Assembly (NCBI GenBank): GCA_032718475.1
Contig: JAUCBJ010007667.1
Location: 62,001-126,000, forward strand
Direction: 5' to 3'
Length of the DNA stretch: 64,000 nt
Source: Nemertoderma westbladi
Taxonomy: Eukaryota; Animalia; Xenacoelomorpha
A program made the translations under genes and the position numbers. This document shows, one piece after another, positions 1 through 10,241 of this stretch; the first letter of the stretch is position 1; every line of letters begins with the position of its first letter. The notes beneath the pieces were generated by a model that made no database searches, was not told the DNA's origin, and worked only from the letters and a program-made list of their open reading frames with translations.

Positions 1-3000
1 ACGTCACCTCGTGTCGTTTGTTCTGATACAATCACTATATACAACAAACCGGGGAGCCTTAATTATTACAGAGGAATGAAGATATACTGCAGAAGCGGCG
101 TCGGGCGTGGCATCCATTCACGCACACAATCCAACGACAATGATAAGAAATTATTGAGTGGAATGTGAGAATATCGATATGAGACAGTGTGACGCCACAG
201 GTGGCGCGGACAGTTCCTGGGATCAGGAAAGCTGATGAGACGTTGAGACTGACAATTACTCCCTACTCCGTAGCTGCATGGTGAAGTACTTCTTATAGAG
301 TACTACTGTTGGTGCAAAAAGAATGTTTCGATCTCAGATAGATAATATTGAGTTTCTGCACAACACGGGCATATATGCCATCGATTCCTGTTTCTCGCAG
401 TGTCGTCTCCATATACAGTAGATGCATATACTGTAACATAGCTTTGTTGTTATGTTTAAAGGGAGTTGCTAATAATATACATGTGATATAGGGCTGTCCT
501 GTCCTGTCCGAGTTCGCTCGACCTAGTAGTAGTAGTATAGGGCTGTACGCACACATTAGCACTGGGAGTGTTCCCCAAAGAGCACATGGGAGATGCACAA
601 ATACATTGGTAATGCCACGACCGTGGCTGGGCCAACACAATAGATCTCAAACAGAATGAGAATAATATACTCAAATAAAGGATGTCTGGCGATGGACAAT
701 TTAGTAAATAAGAGAAGATAGTCTTATAACATAGAGGTAAAATAATCCGCGAAACGGCACCCAGTATAAACAAATACGAGTGGAATTCTGTGATAACGAG
801 TATTTTACCCGGCGTAAAATTAATGGGTCACGGTTCAATGCTGTTTGACACTCGCGTTAGAGACCAAGGATGGCCCCAAACACGTTGTGGTTAATCCCCA
901 ACCTAACAACGTTCGTTACAGCGGTTTATCGAGCGTGGGCAAGACAGCTTCGCAATGACATGCGTGAACGGAGTCTCCACTGAGGTGTAAACAACATTGC
1001 TATAGTTTTGGGAACATTGTTTTGTGTATGACTGCAGACCATCAATTGTACATCGACTGTTTTTGACAGCTACTCATTTTGATTGGGTTGAATTATATCA
1101 CTTTTTACCACTAATAATATACAGCGAATTTCCATTTTACCACCCGCTAAAGAGAAATTCGAGGAAAATGTGCATTGACATTACATTGTTTGCTTGGATA
1201 TTAATTGAAACATAAAATGAATAAAATTTGAAGCTTAGATGGATGGAAAAAAGGTTATCAAGAAATCAACATCAAATCTATGACTATCCTGTATGCGCAA
1301 ATAGAGACGGTTTAGATTGTTATTCGCATGAATCCAACATAATCATGGTTCGGACCTCACAATACTGGACTGCACCTGATGCATCTATGGAATGGCATGA
1401 ACAATCGCCCTACATCATCGTAAGTCACAGCTGCTAATTCCTTTATCTCAATGTCCTGCCACACAAAAAGCCTAGTAAATTCTTCGACAAAGGAACGGAA
1501 ATGTCATGGCTGTGGGGATTGCGTTAAGCCTTGTTTTATGCTGGATGTGATAACAACATCCCAATATTCCACACGACGTCAAGAACTCAAGATAACAAAA
1601 ACACGATTAAATATAGTTTTCCATGAATATTATTGATCCCAAAAAATGGAAAACTTCAGTAACCATACCCTACGCAGCATAAAGGGAAGTGGTGAGAGAT
1701 GGGGGGGGGGGGGGGGGGGGGGAATCTCAGCCCAGAGAAATATTGAATTTCAAACGCTTAAAATTGGCGCCTGCATTCTATAATTATGAGATTGAGTATG
1801 CGAATGGAATATTGAATCGGAGTTGTGTTACTCTCTCTATGGTACAGTGGACGCGATGGATTTGGTGTCTTCGGCAGGAGAAATTACAAGGAGGCATTAG
1901 CAGTAATAATAATAACTGAGTTGACCCAGGAAACGGGATAGGAGTTGGGTAGTGAGTCACGGGCTGCATATCGATCACATAACCGGGACAACTCCATCTA
2001 TAATTATCCGCGTACCGACACGCGTGCAGGTAGATAGATAAATGGATGTGGGTGGAAGGATATAAAGTCCATTCCATCCTCTACGGGTTTACGTATTCCG
2101 GAGAGGTACGCGCGGACTATTTCATTAATCGCTAGGACCTTCTCCACTATCAACGGGGGAAGAGTAAGTTGGAATATTTCAACGATCCCGGCTCAACTAA
2201 TTGGGTTGTAAACGGTGCATACACGGCGGGAGCGAGTTCCTACATCTCGGTTTAACTCCACGCATGTTACTCTGTTAATTATCCCTTAACATTTCAATGT
2301 GTTTTGTTCGTGGCATAGCAAAACAAGGGTATATGGTGCGCAGTAACCCCGTAAGGATTAGGAAAATATCCATAAACATTGGAGGAAGAAAGCCCTTAGG
2401 CGCAATAAATATGAGCCGCAAATATTTGGTTGTCGGCGGTTTGACACATCTTCCCAAAGTCCAAGAAGCATCTCTCCCTTGGGGGGAAATAGCAGAGGAA
2501 ACGGGGAATATCAACTGCAAAATAATAGGAAACCAATATTCTAATACTCGGAAAATACTCACAACTATACAGCGCAGCTGATAAAGTAACTCATTGGCCT
2601 TATTATATTTATAATTATTTTACCTTTCAAATGGCGCTACAAACGATAGTCAGTCACATACAAGTCACGAAATGTACGTGAACAATAATAAGGGCTCGGA
2701 CAGTCTGGATACTTGGCAGCACTTCAACACTTAAACTATTTAATAAATTTATTAGACTCTATAATTTCCAAATATACGTGATTTGAATTGAAACATAAAA
2801 ATACTTTAAAGTACAATAAATATTGTTCACAATACAACTTATTAATGTGAAATTGTGACCAAAAGCTATCACACGTGCATAACCTCGATAGGCGCTTCAT
2901 ATTAACGATTAACGCATTTAGTTAGATAAGATCGCGTAAATGATTCATCATTCTTCCTGTTGGGTTCAGAGTAGAAAGTCCAATTACGCAATTAACGGCG

Positions 3001-5689
3001 GCATGGACGCGAGATACTCACTTAGCTCGTTGGCCAAAACAACAGGAGGGCGGTCAAAGAGATAGAGGGACCAATAGCAAGGAAGAAACCCCGTGGAGTG
3101 AGGGTCGGCCAGAAATGGGATTATCCACAGGGTCCCTAACCCATCCGACAAGGGAAGGCCAAACCGAGAGGCAATTAATCCTCTAGGAAGTGGGGCATCG
3201 ATTCCCCGAAATATACCTGCAATCAAATTACTCGAAAATCTTAGATAATTAAGCTGTTGTGCACATCATAGAAACCCGCTTGCAAACATACACATAGACA
3301 GAATTGTTAGTCGCGATTTTACGTGACCGTGAAATTGACAAGATAAGCCAATTATTGAGGGCATTTGCGGTGCACTAACTACACTAACTATATGCAAAGG
3401 GTGTGATTCGAGTTCCTCGAGCGATGTATTAAACGGGGAAGCAGGAAAGGCGAGCTCCGCATATAGACGGCAACGTGACTCATAACGACTAAGAGTTTAA
3501 TTAGGTTAGATAGATTTAGTTCATCCCGAGCTTGTTGGGTAGGGAACCTGGGGTCCGAGGTACTTGGTACCGACAGAGATACTGGCCTGTTTGGCCGGTC
3601 GCGTCCAGAGATAAAGGTTGGAACAATGAGAGGAATCAGGAGCTGCCATCTGTAGGTAACAATGGAGGTATTTAGAGCGGTGCCTGACGGCTGTCCCAAA
3701 GGTGCTCGCGAGATAGAGAGCTAGATGCGAGGCATGATGGTAGATTAGGGAGGAATGAATGATACGGGGTAAAACAGAACCCCGGGGCACCCTATCCCCA
3801 GGGTAGACTGCCGACCTACCGGTGTGTAATTTGGTTTCCCGAATCAAGTATTCGTTGGATCGGCAATCAATATACAGCAGAGTAGAGAGGCACCGAGAGA
3901 GAGAGAGAGATTCCATTTGGGTTGGTAATGCAAGTAGGTAGGTTTGTAGTAATGTAGCCCCGAGCGGTGATTACAGGTACACGTTAGTCAGATAACCAGG
4001 AATATTTACAAACCCACTTAGCGGATGTTTCGAAAAAACAGACTGATTATCAATATTTTTGTCATATTTGCACAATATTTATAACACGTATTCGAGATTC
4101 TTCAAGATTTAAAATTACAAAAACAGACTGTCGTCGTATTGTTTTCATTGTACACTTGAAAAGTGCAAATAAAATGTGAGCGTCAATAAATAGTTGATCT
4201 AAAACAAAATATAGACCGAGACAGCACTAGAAGCAAAGCATCCCCAAAAAATATGTTACCAAACTGCACTAACCAAAAAATACTACAGAGGGGTTTATCA
4301 GTTTGACAGTTTTACTTAGGGTTGGGGTGATTATACCATTGACCGCCATTCCACATGATTCAAAACTCATATTTTGATAATTTTAGCAATTTCTGGATCG
4401 GTTTATAATATTACGGCGTCGACAAAGTTAATATTGGGGCGAAGAATTGCAACAAAATAAAAAGTACTTTCTCTTAGTATGAAGTAAATCAATTACTAAT
4501 GGCAGTTCCGAACGAGAAAATATAATAATAGTTTATTTTTTAGCTTTGCAACAATGGTTAGCAGATTACAATAGTAATACAACTTGTTATAATGATCGCC
4601 AGCTTATTAGGCGTGGCTGTGTTCCAAGGAGTTCAACAATACGTGCGTGTATGATGTAAGATAAGTATTGTCTTACATTCATTAACATGAATCAGTGCCC
4701 GAGGTCGAAAGAATGTAAAAAAACAACACGAGTGCGTGAAGTTTTCGATTGTTCACAGCACATACACGCGGTAGAGGGGTGTTTGACTCCAGGGGCTGTT
4801 ATTACGGTATTTTCTTGGAGTTGTTGACTTGGGAGTTTGGTGGAATGAATGTCCTAACATATATAATATCCATTTGTGCCGTACAGGAATAATTAGAGTT
4901 TGTGGTGATGTCTTTGAGATGGCAGGCTCAGCCTTGAGAAATGATAAGAAAGATAAAGAAAATAAGGGCTTCTTAATGCCCAACTGTCAAGGTAACGGCC
5001 GTATCGGTTATGCTTAATGAAGGTAGCGAGAGGGGATAGGCGTCGGACAGTCTGGAGTTCCATACTGCCGTGGGTTAGCAGGGGGGGGCGGAGCTACGGC
5101 ACCATTGATTGATAGATAGTTAGGGTCCGATAATACGGACAATAGATTCCCGATAACAGGCCACACCGTTGGGGTCAGTAGAATAATAAAGGCCCATTGT
5201 TGGACACGCCCCCCATTCCATACTTGTGTTGCCTGCAGGGCAGGTGTGGACTGCCTGCGAGAGAGAAGGTTACGCAATTATACATGTTTGTAGGTATTAT
5301 CTGCGTAATGGCACGTAATATTTGGGTATAGGTTATGTGTCGAGAGCCTCGGGTAAAAATATAAGTGGTAATTAACTTTTCATTCATCACGCATGACCGA
5401 ATTCTATTTTATATTACTTCACGGGGTTCGGCAGCGGTGCGGTGATGCTTTACGTGAAAACCAATTTTTGTTGTAACAAATGGAACGAATTTTATAATAG
5501 TTATTTATTATTATTGTTTGTTGCTGCAGTTAAAACTGTTTAGAGAACGTGATGTGTGGGGTGGGTGGGGGGAGGGGGGGAGGGGGTGTGGGGGATGTGT
5601 GGATAAATAATTCTGTGGAGGTTGAAAGAATATTAGTTTTCTCAATAAATTCAGGAACCAAAGGGTTATTTCTAACCAAAACAATAAAC

Positions 5690-5995
5690 TAATTAAAAAC
5701 TCCGTATGATACAAGTACACGTTCGTGGGGCATCGCGCAGCACGCGAACTGGAGCAAGTTTGAAACAAGTTTAATTTGATCTGGAGCCAAAAGTTCGAGA
5801 GGTATTTGCCCGTAACTTTAAAAAATATTGTAACTTATTCTCTATCATGCCCATACAAAATTTAGTTGAAAATAGTTAAAATCTTCAAAAGTTATTTACG
5901 AATGAATTTTTCATTACAGACGGACAGACAGACAGACATTAAATTTTGTCCTATTTACTAATTATAATTGTGCGCTAAGGCTCGCCCCACAATGC
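5690..5995 (+). mobile_element. Possible Helitron/Helentron-type non-autonomous element end
   Basis: Internal (GACA)n microsatellite at 5916-5938 followed by a short GC-rich terminal motif GCGCTAAGGCTCGCCCCACAATG, an architecture seen in DINE-1-like elements. Boundaries are uncertain. Confidence 0.35.
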
Positions 5996-6750
5996 GCCAT
6001 AATGCTAACATAAGTCATAAATGTTAATAAATGCAAAATAATATAGTTTGTATTACTTTATGCAATTGAATTTTGACAGAAAAGTTTAAAAAACTGGTAC
6101 AGAAGGGGTTGGGGGTGGGGTGGGGGGGGGGTTGAAATGTAGCGAAACAATTCAGATTTCAAATAATTTAATACAATTTATTATTCGCCCAGTAACTGTT
6201 TTAACGTACAGTAAATTATATAACAGTAACTAATGAAAGGGAATCCAAACAAACTGAAACTATATAAACATTGTAGAAACACAAACAACAAATCAAAACA
6301 CAGAAAAGTCACCAAAACAAACCTTATAAATGTGACGTCACCATCAGCCATAATATGGTAATTAGATAATACTTTGACGGCCAAAATCTCGATTTTGGAG
6401 ACTTTTCTGTGTTTTGACACAATTAATCTTGTATTTAATTAATTAATAAGCGCTAGTGAGACCAAATTATCTACAAAAAGCAGAAAGACTTGAGCCGAAA
6501 TCATTGACGACAAAAGTTTTAGCCTATTATGTTACAAAGCAAAGTTAGTCAGGATTTAATTTAATTTAATTATAAGAAAATGTTTGACGCACCAAGGCGG
6601 TTAGTTGGGACGCTAAATGCGCGCGACATAAAACCAGATCCGGGGAATTTCACCTTAAAAACAAAAACTCCCCGACAGTTAAATAGTAAAATGGAGAGAA
6701 GCGAATAAATAAATCAAAATTAATAATAATAGATTTCCTGTGTTCGGATG

Positions 6751-6906
6751 AGGAACACCTAGACTCCTTAGGGTGCACACAGAGTGACAGCCTATAATAG
6801 GAACACCTAGACTCCTTAGGGTGCACACAGAGTGACAGCCTATAATAGGAACACCTAGACTCCTTAGGGTGCACACAGAGTGACAGCCTATAATCGGAAC
6901 ACCTAG
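6751..6906. repeat. 48-bp tandem repeat, about 3.2 near-identical copies, just downstream of the striatin stop
   Basis: AGGAACACCTAGACTCCTTAGGGTGCACACAGAGTGACAGCCTATAAT at 6751, 6799 and 6847, plus a partial copy at about 6895. Confidence 0.95.
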
Positions 6907-7026
6907 CACTGGGGTGTTGGTGTCTATTTGGTGGAACACCCCCACTTTAAACAACACCTTAACGGGTGTTAATCAACCGGAAACACTTAACGATTCAACC
7001 TCTTCTGTAAGTGTCCGACCCCACCG

Positions 7027-7620
7027 TTATACGAACACCTTAGCTAGTGCGTCGGCGCCCGCACTCGCTATGTACGATTTACTAGGATGGAACGCAACAT
7101 CGAATATGGACTCATCGAGTTTCCTCCGATGGCTGGTAATCTCCTGGAAACAGGTCTTATAGCCCATGGACCAGAGTCGGATGGAGCAGTCGTGGCTCCC
7201 GGAGAGCAGATAGAGTCCGGAGGGGTCCACACTCACCGAGGTCACCGCGTCCAGATGGGCCACCATCGTGTGGACGAGTTTACCCGCGTTGGGGTCGTAG
7301 AATCGGATCTGGCGGTCCTCGTGGGCCACCACCACGAGCGGGCACGCCGGCAGCGTGACCACCCGGTTCACCTGCTGTCTGCGCGACGGGACTCCCTCCA
7401 CCTCGGGCGGCTGCAACGCGATCACCAGCTGCCCCGTCTCGATGTCGTAGACCAGAGTCCGGGAGTCGGTCACCCCGACTACCAGTTGGCCCACCTCGCA
7501 GTGCAGGAAGTCCACGCACGTCGGCGTTGTATCCTGCAAGGTGATGCTGGTGAGCATAGACCGGTTTAAAGAGTCGCTGTCCCATAGCTTTACTGTGGAG
7601 TCGGCAGAACAGGAAAGAAC
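7027..7620 (-). CDS. STRN: Striatin, final coding exon (C-terminal WD40 repeats)
   Basis: Acceptor TTTATTTCAG|GTTCTTTCC at 7621. Splicing the phase-0 intron 7621-7761 gives ...HRTKSQ/VLSCSADSTVKLW.... Ends AHLDAVTS...SGSHDCSIRLW...SAGADALAKVFV*, the canonical striatin C-terminus. Joined CDS is about 764 aa. Confidence 0.95.
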   Translation of the reverse strand, partial: VLSCSADSTVKLWDSDSLNRSMLTSITLQDTTPTCVDFLHCEVGQLVVGVTDSRTLVYDIETGQLVIALQPPEVEGVPSRRQQVNRVVTLPACPLVVVAHEDRQIRFYDPNAGKLVHTMVAHLDAVTSVSVDPSGLYLLSGSHDCSIRLWSMGYKTCFQEITSHRRKLDESIFDVAFHPSKSYIASAGADALAKVFV

Positions 7621-7761
7621 CTGAAATAAAGTTATTATACTATATTTTATGTTTATTTATTTTATTATTTTATATTTTGTATCATTTACCTCTATTATTA
7701 ATTAATATTTATTATATCATTTGAACCTCATCTTTTGATAATTTACTGTATGTGGACCCAC
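7621..7761 (-). other. 141-bp GT-AG spliceosomal intron in striatin
   Basis: Very AT-rich segment between two GC-rich coding blocks, with GT donor and AG acceptor. Removing it restores a WD40 repeat in frame. Confidence 0.92.
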
Positions 7762-9462
7762 CTGGGACTTCGTACGATGCACGGCCAACCCCCATACGGC
7801 GTCTGAATGCCCCGTGAAGGTGTCGGCTAACACCCCCGGCTCGTAGCTATCGTACGGATCCACCGAGTGGCTGGGCAGCGACCAGACCCGAACGGTCCCG
7901 TCCATCCCCCCGCTGTAGACCATCTCGCCCCCGTGGTGCACCCCCAGACTCAGTACGGCGCCCACATGGCCCCGGAACGTCGCCACAGGCTCCACGTCCA
8001 GGGTGGCCGACTTCTTGACCGGCACCGTCTTCTCGAGATTCCACAACTTCAGCGTCTGATCCTCGGAGGCGGTGACGACCAGCGACTCGGTTGGGTGGAA
8101 CTCGACGGCCCGAATCGAGTCGAAGTGACCCCTCAACGTGTACCTCGGGGACCAGGTCTTCCGGTAACTCTCGGACGCCGCGGTAGTGGACCCGCTCGCT
8201 ACGCTCCACTCCCCGGCGACCAACGGCTCCGCCTCGTTGATGATGTTGAGCCCGGCGAGGTCGCCGAGCCCCAGGGCGGCGCCCATGTTGATGCCGTCGC
8301 GTCGAACGTCGTCGAACAACGCGTCCGGCATGGTGTCCTCCGAGCCGACGGGGTCCGACGCTGGTTTCACCGAGGAGCCGTCCTCCTCGTCCTCCAGGAT
8401 GTGCAGCATCTCCTGCAGTACGTCGCGTTTCGGCCGTTGCGTCGACTTCTTCCCCTTCCTCTCCTTCTTGTACAACTCCTTCTTCTTACTGATGACGGTC
8501 TGATCGACGTTCCACTCGTCTCCGGCTCGCGTCCACTCATCCCCGGATCCCTTACCCTCCGGTCCCTCGATAGAATCCCATTCGTCGGCACCATCTACCA
8601 CCTCATTGAGAACCTTATCGATCTCCTTAATGGCCTCAGCGGTCTCCGCGTCCTCATCCGCAGCCGGCTTCTCTACATCGGAATCCTCGTCGCTCTCGTC
8701 CGAATCCGGCTCGGTCTTGGCGTCGTTCACGTACGTCTCCATCGGCGGAAGGGCTTTCTTCGCGGCCGGTTTTTCCGAGGGCTCCTTCAACCCCTTGAGG
8801 TGCTCCCCGTTGAGGAGTTTATCGAGACTCTCGATGTCCAGCGAGCTGTCCCGCGTGGACAGCCCGAGGAGGGAGCGAACCCGCCCGGATCGGACGTCCA
8901 GGATGGTGTCCGTGTACCCGATCTCCTGCAGGTACTGCCGCAGCAGCTGGCGTCCCTGCCGCCAACTCATCCCGCCGTTCCCCTTCACCACGCCCCCCAG
9001 CGACTGCTCCTCCCCGGCGTCCTCCGACCCGGAGTCGAACGGCGGCGGATGGAGATCCCGTAGATCCTCCGGAAGCTCCGAGCCGTACTTCAGTTTGTAA
9101 TGCTTCGCCCTTTCTTGCTTCAAGGCGAATTCCAACATTTTTATCCGTCGAACTAGATCGAGTTTAAGATTCTCCTGACCTTTGCGTTCCCCTTGAAGGA
9201 ACGCGATTCTCGCCTGGAGTTCCGCGCGTTCCACCTCCCAATGGGCCCGCTCCATCTCGAACCGACTCCACTCGTGTTGTATGAAGTGGAGGATACCGGG
9301 GATGGAGTAGCGGGAGTTATCGAAACCGAGTTGTTTCGCGCCGGAGAGTAGGGTAGGGCCGGCGCTCTGGGAGCCCATAGCGGCGGACACAACGGGGGGG
9401 ATCACGTGCTGGAAACTGGTACCGGTAGACGTTGTCAGTGGCCCAGACATGTGGTCTTCCAT
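7762..9462 (-). CDS. STRN: Striatin-family (STRN/STRN3/STRN4, fly Cka) PP2A B''' scaffold, coding exon 1
   Basis: N-terminal striatin domain YSIPGILHFIQHEWSRFEMERAHWEVERAELQARIAFLQGERKGQENLKLDLVRRIKMLEFALKQER, CaM-binding WRQGRQLLRQYLQEIGYTDTILDVRS, then WD40 repeats (GHFDSIRAVEFHP...LKLWN). ATG at 9462 in GGAATGG context, just after a pyrimidine-tract/AG acceptor (9476-9475). Exon ends CAG|GTGGGT at 7762. Confidence 0.95.
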
Positions 9463-9664
9463 TCCCGTTACAAACTGAAACAAAAAAACAATTGGTTATT
9501 AATATGTTACCATGTTAAGCTGCTTATTATATTACTTTTTCATAATATTTATTTCATATTTATTCAAATAAATTCAAAATATTCATAGTTAGTAAATTAA
9601 TAAGTAATTAAACAGGACTAAGGATGATCCAACTCTATAGCAAATGGAGCGGAAAAAATGAATT

Positions 9665-9736
9665 CGCCACCAGCGGGGATTGAACCCGCGTCTCCCGATA
9701 AACGTTCAGGTATGCTAACCACTACATCACGGAGGC
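9665..9736 (-). tRNA. tRNA-like sequence (pseudogene or SINE head); GTT at the anticodon position but a non-canonical loop
   Basis: Minus strand folds as a 72-nt cloverleaf: acceptor GCCTCCG/TGGTGGC (one mismatch), D arm ATGT-AGTGGTTA-GCAT, anticodon stem CCTGA/TCGGG with loop ACGTTTA, T arm GCGGG-TTCAATC-CCCGC. A T6 run lies just downstream. Confidence 0.7.
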
Positions 9737-9871
9737 TCCTGCATCTTTCCGATTGATTTGCTATAGGTGGTAAGCTACGTTACGGTTGCTATTGAATACA
9801 GTCCTCCTTACGGATGGATTTAATCTGTATTCTAATACAGTAGCAGTTATGACCTGTACTGCAAACGAATG

Positions 9872-9963
9872 TTATTGTATATGTGTTTAACATCCATAGA
9901 TTGTATAAATTAATTTACTTATTAATTTATACAATCTATGGATGTTAAACACATATACAATAA
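9872..9963. repeat. Perfect 43-bp inverted repeat with 6-nt loop
   Basis: 9872-9914 is the exact reverse complement of 9921-9963; loop TTACTT. Confidence 0.95.
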
Positions 9964-10039
9964 AATTCATAGTTAGTTATGTTTGTTTATTGTAGTATGT
10001 GTGTGTATGTATTTTCAGTGTAGTAGTTTTAGTAAACAC

Positions 10040-10140
10040 CTTTATGGGAGTCCATGCTGGGCTCTAAATGCTGATGACACCAAATCTCTGGATGTCATTT
10101 ACAAGAATGCTATGCCGGGTTCATTGTGTCAAGTACAATG
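10040..10140 (+). mobile_element. Short RTE LINE fragment
   Basis: Encodes LYGSPCWALNADDTKSLD, matching LYGSPCWALTAEDSKSLD of the element at 25.5-27 kb. Confidence 0.8.
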
Positions 10141-10241
10141 CAATAGAGAGATAACTGAACTCATGGCTGTGAATTGAAATTGCTCTTTACTACAATTATT
10201 ACTATAAAATCCTAGAATCAAATAAATCAGAATCAAGGTAA

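Noticed and set aside
1-5400. Short ORFs of 60-130 aa
   Set aside because: No recognisable motifs, many begin at non-ATG codons, and no convincing exon chain; small exons cannot be excluded by eye.
6650-6957. Repeat-containing ORFs at the 48-bp array (also 31438-31680 and 38547-38765)
   Set aside because: Translations of tandem repeats with no coding support.
7717-7761. ORF-track C-terminus VGPHTVNYQKMRFK of the 588-aa ORF
   Set aside because: Read-through into the intron; splicing restores the WD40 repeat. The track's MFQFVTG start is likewise intronic/UTR sequence.
7867-9063. 398-aa antisense ORF and other ORFs overlapping striatin
   Set aside because: Shadow ORFs caused by GC-rich codon usage on the coding strand; no recognisable domain.
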